Position numbers and translations under genes: made by a program. DNA of 64,000 nucleotides from Raillietiella orientalis (taxonomy: Eukaryota). Shown here one piece after another: positions 51,500 to 63,482 of the stretch (positions within the stretch are counted from its first letter, which is position 1; each line of letters starts with the position of its first letter). The stretch lies in the NCBI GenBank assembly GCA_036172245.1, contig JAYWIR010000010.1:4526001-4590000 (forward strand), written 5' to 3'. The notes beneath the pieces are model-generated. The model made no database searches. It saw nothing but the letters and a program-made list of their open reading frames with translations, and was not told the DNA's origin.

Positions 51500-54140
51500 C
51501 AAATCCCTATTCACCACCCACGCACATTTTTCGACGCACTCCACCTGAGATACGGTCTTCCCGCCCATTCCCCGAACCTGGCGCGCGTGGAGCCAGTGGG
51601 TTCCAGAAGACGCCGCTGCTGCGATTTCCGGCGGGAAAAACTCGAAGCAAACCTCTCCTTGCTGCTTGAAACTTGGCTCTTCTGCCGAGGTGGCGCACCT
51701 CCGATCCACGGTCGGCCGCTGCCGCGAGCCAGGTGCCCCGCCAATGCAAGCCGGGAATGCCATCGGACATGCGCGCATCTGGCTCCATGCTTGCGGGGCA
51801 GGAGGAGTAGGTGGGACTGCGAACCCGCAGAGCCGGTGGTCGGTAGACCGCCGCGGTCACGCGGCTGCCAGTGCGGGACCCTTCGCAAGCACCCGGCGAG
51901 GGGAGCTTCGTGGACAGGACGTGCGTCCCTCTCCCATCTTTCCAACTCGCCCTCTGATCGATGATGCTCACAAGAGGAGGGGGCTGCGCAGAGAAGAGTG
52001 GATTTCTTGGCTGCAGGTTGCGTTGCTGCTGGTTCGAGGATCAGACCCTGGGGGGGTGAGGAGGAAGGCGGCGATTTGTTGGGTCTCCTGGAAGCCACCT
52101 GTTTTTTCAGGTACTTTTCAGAACGTCTCCCTCTCCCTCCCTCCCTTCCTACTGCTCACGGGCAGTATCGCCACCTCTGAACGAAAGGGAGGCACGATTA
52201 TTGCTAGTTGGAACTTCCTACTGCTCGTCGTCAGGGTGCATCCCGGAGCTAGGGACGGATCCACTGGTCCGCAAACTTGATAGTGGAAGGACAGTGCATC
52301 CGGCAGTGGAAGGAGATTATCTTCTTCTACTGCCGGAGCTGCCGAACCTCCTTCCCGGGAATACCCCGGAACGCTCTCGGGCCGGCACAGCGCAAGGACA
52401 CGAAGGCGTACGTCCCAGCCTTGCACCTCCACGGGCGACTCGCAGCCACCGATCGGGGTCGCCCGGCCGTGCGGTCCGCGTGGCCGGGGCGAACATCCCT
52501 GCTTCCTCGATCCCTCCTGGTCGAAGCAGGAATACCGACTTCCCTCGAGCAGCCGTTCTCAGGAGCGCGCGTTTCGACTAGTCCCCATCCACGTGCCGCG
52601 CGTCCTACGCCAGCGATGACCCCTTCGCAGCGTCAGTGCGGCTGGAAACGCTCCGCTAAGAGCACGCAGTGGATCCGTTGGATGAGCACGCGCTTTACGG
52701 CAAGTATGCGACAACACCGGCTCCAGTGCTCAACATCCGTTCGCCCCAGACTCCATCGCAAATATTTGTTTTATTTTATTTATTCATAAATAGCTGAGCT
52801 TCTATTTATTTGTTTAGTTATTTTCTTTTTCCTTCCCATTCCCCCAAAGTGAACCTCTTTGCCAGCAGGTGGTTGGGGCAGCGCCTGTCCACGCCTCCGC
52901 GAGGGGGGAACAGCAAGAGACCAGCTCGGTACCGGAAGAGCCAGCTGGTCACCCGCCGCGCCGACAAGCGGGAGATCACCGGTCCGACCGCTGCGGATCC
53001 CGTAGGGTGCTGGCGCGTCCGGAACGGCGCGACGTGCCGTCGGTCGTTCAAGGGCAGCCGAGGAGATCCGGTCAGTGCACCTCGATCTCATGTGGGCTCC
53101 GCTGCCCCCACCCCTGTCAGGAGCTGAGGGAAGGGGCTGAGGTCAGGACAGCCTCCTGACTGGACCGGGTGAGGCAGACGGGCAGCCGCCGACTTGCCCT
53201 TCCCCACAGCAAGACTCCATCAAGACCAGCGGTCAAGAAGCGAGCGCAGACGCCACCGACGGATGGGAACCGTTCCCTTTTTTTTCCTGATGGATTCTCC
53301 TGACGATGCCGAGCAAGATAGAAACCCGCCGCCGATGTCTTCGCCTCCCAAGGTATCTGGGAAGGCCGTGCATCTTTGGTGCGGGCGGACGCAGAAGGGG
53401 GCAACTCTGGAGGGTGCCACAAGCAGTTCGAACCGGGAATGAAAGACTCAGAAAGTCAACCGTCTCCTCCGGGATCAAAGCGCTGCCTCTTCTGTGAAGG
53501 TGGGGTTGAGACGGGGAGCTGCCGGGGTTTGGTCTGGGACCGCCCAGAGAGAACAGCGGCACCAGCGAGCACGCTGATGATGCTTTCGATACGTTCGGTG
53601 ACCGACCCGTGCGCTTACAACAACGAAACCCCCTGGGGGAAAGCGCGTCCCCCACTCAGGATGACGGAATTCTCATGTCAAGGAGTTCGGGAATTCTTCG
53701 GAGAGATGGCACCAAGGTTCTCTACGAGGAAAGTTCCCGGCTTGGACTGTGAAACAGGGAATGAAACCGCGTGGAACGTTTGCCGTGATGCGACGAGCAG
53801 GCCAGTTGAGGTGAGAGCGAGGGTACGCGATAGAAGAGTCTTCATTTGGGGGGCGAGGAGGAGTTCGGATTCCCAACGCAGGCTCTCTTCAGTTCCGGAA
53901 CGTTCGCTGACGTGAGCTTCGTCTTCAGGGAAAGAGGCGCGCCTGTCCGACGCGCATTGCGTTGGACTGACGTTGGCGCTTCGGATGCACAGCTGCTTTC
54001 TCCGAGATTGGAGGAGTTTCGTGATAATCACACTCTATCAAAGATCCTGATGAAGTATGATTTTGCACAGCTGCTGGAGCGCCACAAAGGTGGTTCTCCA
54101 TTGACCTCGAATCCTGGAGTCTCCCTTATGTAATGTACCG
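51500..54140 (-). mobile_element. decayed non-LTR retrotransposon ORF2 (RT through zf-RVT)
   Basis: Collinear motifs: LHKGDSRIRGQWRT...LCKII (~54100), GDALSP..F (~53645), RYLG (~53355), P..RRGQALP (~52890), HW...GGLPT and C..SME...W (~51850-51740). Confidence 0.55.
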
Positions 54141-55619
54141 GCTTCGTTAGCACGACAGGGAAGGAGACCCTTCAGCCTCGGCACGAACAAGAGCGACGCT
54201 CCGCAGGGGACAGAGCTTCAAGCGAGGATGCCGAACAGGATGCCAGTGCTGACCCAGGCCTGCGAGCCTTTCGGAAGCGGGAAAGGGGGGTTCGACTCGA
54301 TCCAGGTGTCGGCCACAGAAACCCTCAGACCCTCGCGGGAGCCCGCTCCCTCTTCTGAAAGGAGCAGCGACCTCTCCGGAAAAGACGATCCGAGACTCCA
54401 GCAGCGCACGATGACGACGAAGACCGAAGTGGTGAAGACCTCGCCCAATCCGGCCTTGCGTGACCAGTGGCTGAAAGGCGAGCGCAGGTGCTACCGACGA
54501 GTGAGCACCCGGGTGGAGCTTTCGCGTCCAGTCACGCAACTAAAAGAGGGTGGTGGTGCGAGAGCCCAGCAGCGACGGCAAAGGCGTCGTGCGAGCGGGT
54601 ACGAGCGCCGGAGGTGGTCCCAAGTCGAAGGCAGCCTCCCACGGCAAATCACCCAATCTCACACTCGCAGCTTCACCGTCGATGTCCAGCACGAGGAAAG
54701 GAGCGGTGGCCTCGGGCCCGCGCGCGGAATCGCGGGGCACCCAGGTCAGGAGACCATCGTTTGCGCCAAAAGGGATCGCGTTTCGGGAGATTTCCCGTAG
54801 AGTGGCGACGGAGCTGCCCGCTCGAGGGTCACCAGCCAGGGATGAAGCTGACCTCAGAAGATGCGAGGTATCCTCACGCCATGCCCTCGATTGCCGCACC
54901 TTCAGCCACCTGAAACAGCAGTCGTCGGGCGTTAAGACGGAACCTCAGGCGTGACGGACAAAGAGGGCCATCCTCGTGCAATGGGAACTGCTGGCTCCCG
55001 ACCAGCCCACCCCGGGAACACACTACAAGAGGACACCGGGTGTGGTGTCCCGTGCTGGGGCGGAGGTGTCCTCACTACGGACGTCGCATGGCCACGAGAG
55101 AGCTCGACCAAGGCGGTGGTGGAAGGTGAGGAGCAGAAAAAAGCAGGGCGAGATGCCGAGGACGTCCGCAAAAAAGTCATCTTCCCCTTCTTGGGCCGCT
55201 CCCTCGAAGGGTCTCCCGGCTGAGGTCAAGGCGACAGTCGCCGGATGCTTGGGGTCGTGGGATCCGGCGAACGGCGGCGGCGTGCCGAGCACGCTGAATG
55301 TCCCCCCAGAACGAGCATACAGCACGGGGAAAAGGAGGTCGACTGCGCGAGCATCCGGTACTGGAAAGACGCGTACCGGAATTGCAGGATGGGTCATTGA
55401 CAGGGCTGAGCCCGCCCTTCCAGTGGATTCGCCCGGAAGGCAGCCAGGCTGAGCAGATGATGGCGGACCGCTTGGCGCCAGCTGCTGGCTCCCCCCACCG
55501 GACGAAGTCCGGAACAGTGACTGAACCTGACTGCGAAAATGCACGCTCATAACGGAGCTCGTGAGCCATCCGGAAAGCATTGTTGCCGGGTGGGAGGCGA
55601 AACGTTTCCGTGGCGAGCA

Positions 55620-57900
55620 GAGATCAATGCGCAGGGAAAGAGCGGGTTGACCAGCGGTTTTCGATGCGAACCCGAAGTGGAAAGGGATCGTGAGCAAGTC
55701 CGGCGGAAAAGACATACTGAGGATGGTCGATGAACCAGAAGCGCTTGTGAAATTCGATGCTGACATTGTTAAGGACGAGAAAGAGAATCTTCTGCATCCT
55801 TCGAACATCAAAAAATGTTTCGGCCTGTCTTCCAAGTGGGTTCTCTTTCTGCTCATTTTCGAACATGGCGGTTCGTTTCCGGAGAACATCCGGAAGCAGA
55901 GGACGGGCTCTAAAGCTAGACGTTAGAGGACTCTCTTGCCTCCGGGAGTTTTGTTCTTCTTCTCAAATTCTTGCCGCGATTTAGAGAACTGACAAGGTGC
56001 TCTTTTCACTCCAGGAGAAAATAAGTCCCTGAACGCTGTCAGGAACCAGATTTTGTTTCTGGTTCCTGCTCAGTAACGCTGACAATTTTTCTCTCCTTGG
56101 AACGGGACGACTCCCACCTTTGTAGAAACCTGCTGCCTTACTTGCAGAGTTCAGTTTCTTCAGGAAAAAGCCGATGCATCAGTCCCGATGCCTGAAACCT
56201 GGTTTCGAAGAAGTCATCGGGGATCGATTCCCCGTTACCAGAACGCCTATTTTTGGCCTCGGCCTAGTTATCAGGTTGTTGTTGCTTCTTTGCGTTCTCT
56301 TGTGTTCGAGGGTGCTGGCGCCAGATTGATTGCACGTACGCTGTGTTTAAAGCAGCTCTACAAGGTGCGGCTCTTAGAAGAAGGAAGAAGAAATCTGTAC
56401 TCTAACACCGCGAGTGTTCTCTAAGACATTTGTTCTCATCATTTGTTCTTGAAAGTTCAGAATCTCGTTCCAGATGGCTCTCTCACATCCATGTACTCAT
56501 CCAGGTCTAGTAGGAAGAGCACGGTGCGCTGTGCTCGATGCTAGGAACGTTTCAAGGGAGAAGAGGTATCGTTGCATGGAAGCTCCGGTGAGCGCTTCCT
56601 TCAGAGAGCGTCACACCTCAGGTGACAAAATGCGGGTATCCATTCTTTGTCTCTTCTTCTTCGACATATGGCAACAATATCCATGTCCCTCAGAAGCTGC
56701 CTGACGAAGCCGCAGAGCTCTCCCAATCGCGTCCGCCAGGCTCTGGGTCCAGCACTCGGCAGGAGCTGCCTGTGTCTGAGGCAACTAATCATGAACGCAC
56801 AGTACTCCCTAGAGCCCGTGAACACATTCATCTGGTGATTGCGAGAATTTCTTATGCCTTTCCGGTTTCTCTTCTGCCTCGTGGTACTCGATCTTCCTCC
56901 GATCCTGGAGGACGCCTGGCAATCCGGTTCGTTGTACGACCTGATGGTAGACCCTCGGGCTAAGATGTGCCTGCGAGCGGGCCAAGCGAACACCGAGCTG
57001 CATTTCTGCGCACTTCTCAGTGTACTTTCACGTTTTTCACCTCTTCCCCTCTGCTCCCCAGCCGTGGGAACATCGCGTCCGTACCTGCCACGGAGCAGCT
57101 TCTAAGATCGCCGGTCCGGCGTCGACGAGAATTTGATCTTCTGTCTGCTTTCCTCGATGGCCTCCCGAGCAGGAGGCGGGAATTTTCAGCTGTCTTTGAC
57201 TCAGAGCTCGATTTCCCTACGAACGCCAGCAGCTTGCCTGCGGGTTGGATAGCGCGAACTCTTGGGCAGGTGATTCCTGAGGACTACGACGCCAGACGCA
57301 TCTCCTCGAAATCCTACCCGGAAGCCGTGGTTATGCTCCACGGAGCTCTCTTCCTGAGGTGATATCCTTGCAACGCCGCCGCTGACTGGGGAAGGCATCC
57401 CTCCGAATCGTGCAAGGAGAGGGGAACAGTGACTTGCTCCGCACCTGCTATCAAACCTTGGCATCCTCTCCAGAGGTAAACTTGTCTGGAGACAGCCCTC
57501 CAGCACTGGAAAGGCACTCCGAAAGACGTGATCCGGCGGTTCTTTACGCGCAGCTATCACCAGCATCCGCGGATGCCCTGCGTCGCATTCGCAGCATCCA
57601 AACGTGGAACACAGACAGACATACAGGGAATTCACGTTCCTGTTGATATCAATTTGATGGTGACAAGAGCGTCAAGTTTCGCAGCTTCGGAGAAAGAAGC
57701 TTAAGCGCACCTCCAACGATATGCAAGGAACTCAAGGAGGACCCCTGACGGCTTCTCACCACCACCATTACCCGCAATGCTATTTTTTCTGTCTTCCTTT
57801 TCGTGCGCAAACGCATCAATTTCGCGGCGAACTCTAGAAAAGCAGTCGGTGGTTCTCGCAGGAAACACTGCAGTGCCATGGAGGACCGAGCATTCTACCA
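55620..57900 (-). mobile_element. decayed BEL/Pao pol (RNase H through integrase C-terminus)
   Basis: LEFAAKLMRL resembles LEL.AA.L..RL; RIGGR; VRQLLR...AICRR; CERAIWNEI...TRGVRVQISS resembles TRAVHLE...RRG.P..I.SD; FW*RGI...LLRNQVSG resembles FWERLV...LRK.LG; GSRPV resembles NSRPL. All are in the expected order. Confidence 0.6.
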
Positions 57901-59460
57901 AGACTGTCTTCCGTTTGGTGCACCTCGAGAAACACCCCTGGTTTGACGGGGCTCAACTGGTCACCAAGGCGTTGCGTTCCGTCTCATCATCGGTTCAGAG
58001 GCACGGTAGCAGACTGGAGCTATGAATGCCGAAAGACACTCGATGAAAACATTTCCAGGTGCATCCCTCTTTTCCGATAAAAGAGATCTTTACGACAGTT
58101 CTCGGTGGCATGCCGAACATGACGACCAAATGCCATCTCGTGCTTGATCTTCAGGTAACAAAACCTCTATGTTTAGGTGGCTATTGATGTCATGTCTTTT
58201 TCAAAATCTGTTTCGGTTTTCTGCGACGCCGGGCTCGACCCGGGCCGGCTTCAAATCGCTCACCCTGTATTTTCAGATTGCATTGCTGGCCTCCGTGCCC
58301 ACCGCGCACTCTGACGTCACGCCGCGAAGCCGGACTCTGTACGGGACGGTTTCAAGTCGCCAATCCCTATATAAGCACAAAATGTGCATCTCTATTTGCA
58401 CCATAAAATCGAGAGTTGGAAATCCGCTTGGTTTCCAGGCAACCTTGGCTGAAACTTCCCGAGCGGATTCAAAATGTTTGCATTTAAGCGATTTTTCTGT
58501 AGGTATTTGAGCAATGGCACCATTTTGTTTCTGTTTTTTTTCTTTTTTTTTCTTTTTTTATGGCATGTGTTATACATTGTACAATTAAGTAGTGTTGTGT
58601 ACTATTTAATTATACAATGTGCACTGTTTGCATGCAGTGATGTAGTCGTCAGAGCATGGTTAGCAAACGTGCACATATCAGAGGAGCACTGCTACCGTCT
58701 ACGCGAATCTTGTTGGAAAAGAAGCCCACTGAGAACCGGAAACTTGGGTGCGCCGTTCTCTCTGGAAATTCACATTCTGTTCGAGAACTGATTTCTGGAG
58801 GAAGGGGGGGGGGGAGTCGTATTCGGAATGGGAATACGTTGTGGCCTCTCTTCGACTGAGACAGGAAGGCAGGGGGTCAAACTTTCTCAGGATGGTTTGC
58901 AGCAGCATACGCGGAGCGGTAACTGGATGCTGCTACCGACAGCATCCATCCGGAGGCTTCGGGAGCGAGGGCATCAGCAACCAGCAGTGAACAAAAGACC
59001 TATCGCTCGGTTGGGTGGTAAAATTGCGCTTGTGAAAGACAGCTACCATTAAGGGCACTCCGTTTCGTGTTTGGAATATTTTCGGATCCATTAAACACAT
59101 CCCTGATCGCATCCTACTCATTCAGCCTGCCTTTTAGTCTGAACAGCAGCTCCAATAATTCGTAACGGGTCATTAATGCACAGACAAAACGAAAACACGC
59201 CGGTGTTTCTCTGTCTCTCCCTCCTCTTCTTTTTATGCATTATCTCGGATTTTTATCAACGGACGCTGCCCGAATAATATGCATTACGTCAAAATTTACA
59301 ACTCGAGACATCTGAAGAAAAGATCGAACACTTTTTAAAGTCTTCAAATGGGAGAGTCGCAACAGAAACCGCCGCTCGGCTGCTGCTTCCAGAAGGAAAG
59401 AGATATTTGGGAGTAGTCGGAGTATTCACAGCACTCGGAATTTCTAGCGCGTTTCTGTCA

Positions 59461-59462
<2 letters not shown>

Positions 59463-59492
<30 letters not shown>
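59463..59492. repeat. poly-T homopolymer (30 nt)
   Basis: Directly visible. Confidence 0.95.
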
Positions 59493-59493
<1 letters not shown>

Positions 59494-61123
59494 ACCCCAT
59501 GCCTTCAAGTCACCCGAATTCTACACCCGCGATTTTCATGGGAAGAATTCGGCTGGAAGCCAGGGGTCTGATCACAAATCTTGGTTAGAACTTGTTGAAC
59601 AAACTGCAATGTAGGCACGCGGATATAAAATTGACGGGGGGCAAGGGGGGTGGGTGGGGGAATCCATCTGCGAATAACATTTTCTTCGATCCGAAATATT
59701 TTAAATAAGCATCTTCCTGCGGCTGGAAGATGCGCTGCACCGAATTCTTTCCCCCCCCGGCGCAATGGCAGCGCGGATGCGAGGTGCGGAGCGACCGGTC
59801 GCAAATTCACACACCCCCATTTTGGCGAGCACAGCGCGCGCGATGGATGGGGCCCGCCGACGCAAGATGCCTGCCTACTCGGGCGCTCAGAGAAACCGCG
59901 AAGGCGACCTGAAGATCAAAAGGTCCACGAGCGCCTTGCGGGATTTCCTCCCCGGCGCGGGATCGCGAGCTCATCTCCGGGGCTTCCCATCGAAGAAACG
60001 GTCACCTTGCAGAGGCATCGTCTTTCGTTCGTCGCTCTCTTTGAACGGAAGGCGCCCAGTCGTTGCGTTTCCTGAACTCAACCAGCGCTTCACTTTTTTC
60101 TTTTTTTTTCTTCCTGATAATTAATCATCTAAAAACAAAGCACTTCTTGTCGGGGAAACACCCGGTGAAACCAAAATTGTCCCGCGCGTGGGCTACGTGG
60201 AACACGACAGGATGACTCCCTGGAGGAAAGCGTGATCTGATCAGAGGAGGAGGCTTGGAGTATTCCACGGAGCGAATCAAATAGGGGGAGGGGAGACACG
60301 GGCGACAAGAAATGGGCATCCGTCCTCAGGAGGTGGTCGCCTGGCACCGAAACGCGGTGCGGTGTCAGGGCCACTCCGGGAGGGCCACGTGGGAGCCTCG
60401 AAGACGGAAGGGGAAGAGGGAATTCCGCTCCTTCCGTTTCCGTCCGGAGAAAGTGACCGCCCGACCCACCGAAAGCTCCTCGGACGGATTTCCGCAAGGC
60501 GAGATGACTGTTGGACAAGTGCCAGCAGGTGGATAAAGCAAAACTTTGTAAGAGATTAGCAGGAAGATGAAAATAAACGCCTCTCAATAGGCCCATTCTT
60601 CAGGGTGAATGAAATGTTGCAAATCTCAGCAGACGCGCACCAAAGCGAGAGAGAGCATTTGAGGGCCTCCGGATGGTGAGATCGACTCGGAACCGAGAGA
60701 AGACCGTGGCTTTTTAAAAAGGGAAAAGAAAGGAAGAAGGAAAAAAGAGAGAAGGTGGAACGGACTCCGCATTTTGTGTACACGTACATTGCTGTACCAC
60801 GAAATCGGATACGTGCTGCGGTTCCAGCCGCACGGCCCCGACTTTTTAGCACACCATCAACACGGAAAGAAACGCTAAGCAAAGTCCCGACCTGATCTAT
60901 AAATATTGCGACAGGCTGAAATGAAATCAGCTGCTCAAAATCTACAGCAAGCCCGGCAATCATCCCTACGTTATAAATAACGGTATGTACCACCGCGTGC
61001 ATCCCGCGCGCGTTCGCCCGCGATCCCCCCGCGGGGAACGGCCGGCGCGCGTCGCCGGACCGTTCGCCACGCAGAAAAATTCACACATCAACTCAAGAAG
61101 GAAATGCTCGTGAAGTCCCTTAC

Positions 61124-61709
61124 CGCATTTGTCACAGAGTATTTCCTGGACCAATCTGTCCTTCCTCTCCGTTCGCAGAACTGGTTCCGCGATTGCCGAA
61201 TAATTTTCTGGAGAGTGTTGCTTGCTGGCAAAGATTATGTAACTTTTACCTGTCCTCAAGTCTGCTTGAATTAGACAACTTGGCGTCTTAAAACTTTTCT
61301 CGGTTTCCGCTCGCAGGAAGGTCGCGTGAGATCCGTGTTTCAACCGGGATACGGGGATCGGCTGGCCCGCCCCCCACTTTTGGCTGGAGGGTCTCACGAA
61401 CTGCAAACGGATCTGCGAGTTTATTGATATCTTTCCCTTGTATACTCGGGCAACTTCTATGGTCACGCCGTAGATGCACGTCTGCTGTTCCGTGGGGCTC
61501 TTGGAACGGGCCACGCCTTCGAACACGAGAGGTGCCACAAACGCCTTCGACTGGATGTCGGACAGGTCTGTGCGAGTGGGGCAAACGATTCTTCTGGACT
61601 GCGTTTCTTGCGGAGGTCTTCCGTGTTGCGCCAGGGCCAGCTGTGCGATCACTGCAAGAAGCAACACCACTTCCCTTTTGCTCGGGATCCAAATTTTTTT
61701 CTTTCTCAT
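61124..61709 (-). CDS. vn: vein/neuregulin-like EGFR ligand, coding exon 1 (signal peptide plus NtA-like N-terminal domain)
   Basis: ATG at 61709 with an in-frame TAG about 69 nt upstream. MRKKKIW...VVLLLAVIAQLALA|Q is a signal peptide. Motifs AFVAPLVFEGVARSKS, YGVTIEVARVYKG and CLIQADLRTGKSYIIFA resemble arthropod Vein N-termini. The exon ends at donor TGC G|gtaagg (586 nt, phase 1). Confidence 0.9.
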
Positions 61710-61792
61710 ATTGCGTGGCGGAGACGGCGGATTCCCGTATCCTTTGAGGTTACTCGATTGGGAGCTGAATTTCGACTAGTGGAGTCACTCAT
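61706..61792 (-). promoter_or_regulatory. upstream ORF (28 aa) whose stop overlaps the vein start codon (ATGA)
   Basis: AGC ATG AGT... reads MSDSTSRNSAPNRVTSKDTGIRRLRHAI*; ...GCA ATA TGA shares bases with the main ATG AGA. Confidence 0.5.
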
Positions 61793-61938
61793 GCTGTCCT
61801 CGTTTGAAAGACGTGAGACTGGTTCCTTGTTCGTACCTGCTAAGCACAGATGATGAGAAACTGAGTTGACGTCACTGTGACATGCGCGCGAAGTGTGAAA
61901 CATAAATCGGGAAAAAGCACACATACGGAAAGAGAAGG

Positions 61939-62010
61939 GAAGAAGAAGAAGGAGGAGGAGGAGGAGGAGGAGGAGGAGGAGGAGGAGAAGAAGAAAAAAA
62001 AAAAAAAAAA
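61939..62010. repeat. compound microsatellite (GAA)n(GGA)n followed by poly-A
   Basis: Directly visible, about 230-300 nt upstream of the vein ATG. Confidence 0.95.
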
Positions 62011-63482
62011 CAGCGCAGAGGAGGGGGAGGAGGAAGGACGACAGCCATAACTTTAGATGTTTCGTCTTGGTTCCTACTGGAAGAGTCATTATATCGGTTG
62101 CAATTTGGAGCGCAGGAGTCACGAGAACCTGAGCCCTGCATCCCCGAGTTCGCATCCTCACGTGCATCTGGGAAGCGGAATCCGCTTAAGAAGGAAGGGC
62201 ACGTGAGTGATTGAGAAGAGCCTGGACTGTACCGCTCATCACCTATCAGTTGACTGTGCTGCACGTGTGGAGAAGCGAGGGAGGAGGAGGAGGAGTGTTA
62301 GCAAAGGAGGAGTGTTGGTGCCGTTCGGGAAGGAAAGCGGGAGAAAAAAAAAAAAAAAAGGAAAAGAAAAACAAAAAAAAAAAAAACCTGGATGCGTTCC
62401 CTTCGGACAGAACTTCACGTGAGGGAGCAAGGAAGTCTCCGGTTCTCCTCTTTCACGTTGCTGCTGCTGATGCTGTTTGTTTGTTTGTTTGTTTGCTTGC
62501 TTGCTTTTCGACTCCTCCCCGAAAATCTTCTCAGCCTGCACCTCTGTTTATTTAAAGAAGATCGGAGGCGCTGCTTCGGAAAATTAAAGCCCGACGCCTG
62601 CACATCCGTGGATCTGACTCTTCTTGCATTTGGCAGAAACTCCCGTCTGGATTGCAGGCGGATTGAAAGGCATCGCCGGGACCGCTCTTCGCGCGCGAGA
62701 TGAGCAGCGCAGGAGCGCAGCTCGGATGCGGCGAGGTGGATTTTTCGCTGAGCAGTCAGAAGGCGGCGCGCGCGTGCCCCTGGAAGCCGCTGCTCCGCGA
62801 CGGATCCGCCGCTCCTCCCGGCACCTCCGAGGGGATTTTTTTTTTTTTTTTTCCTTTTTTTTTTTTTTTTTCCGGGAACCTCTAGGGAACAGCAGAGGGT
62901 GGTTCCCCGCCGCCCGCGGACGCTGCCAGGCCTGCGCGCTCTCTCTCTGGATGAAGTTTTTTCCCGGAGGCGGCGCGGAGGAGGAAAGGAGGGAGCGCCA
63001 CGGAAGGTGCCCCCCATGCCCGGGAGAGCGCCTCCGAGGAGCGCTAGGACCAGGTTCGGGCCGGACGACCTTCGGTAGGAGCGCTACCCGAATCCCTCGC
63101 GGTGGCCAAAAGCTGCGAATCCTCTTCCCCCTCCCCCCCTCCCCGTTGTTTATTTTACTAAGCCGCTTCCGCGTTCCCGACACCGGCGTGCAGGAAAGGC
63201 GCCAGCTCCCGCGCTGTTCTTCCCGCCCTGCGCCCGCGAGCGACCCGGTGCGGAACTTCGCCCGCTCCGGGCAACGCTCGGGGGTTCCCGGCAGCGGGGA
63301 AGAGACGGCGCAGTCGGTAGAAACACCCGACGGCCGGAGCCGAGAAAAGCGCGGCGCGGGAAACGAGGTAACCACGCAGCAGGCGCGCGCCGCGGCGAGG
63401 ATGTGCGCGGGCGGGGGGGGTGTTCCGGCGCGGACCGCCGGGGTCTCCCGGGGGAGCGAGGGACGCTCTCGGTACGAGCGCG

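Noticed and set aside
56040..56068. 11-bp perfect hairpin resembling a terminator (similar 12-bp inverted repeat at 42220-42271)
   Set aside because: Eukaryotic context, inside or near TE relics, and short enough to be incidental.
12550..57900. Strand bias of TE relics toward the gene's sense strand
   Set aside because: Roughly 8 versus 4 on uncertain calls, too few to support a bias.
60966..61123. C-terminal part of the 247-aa ORF (KGLHEHF...LFIT)
   Set aside because: It lies beyond the G|gtaagg donor that splices in phase to the Ig exon, so it is intronic read-through.
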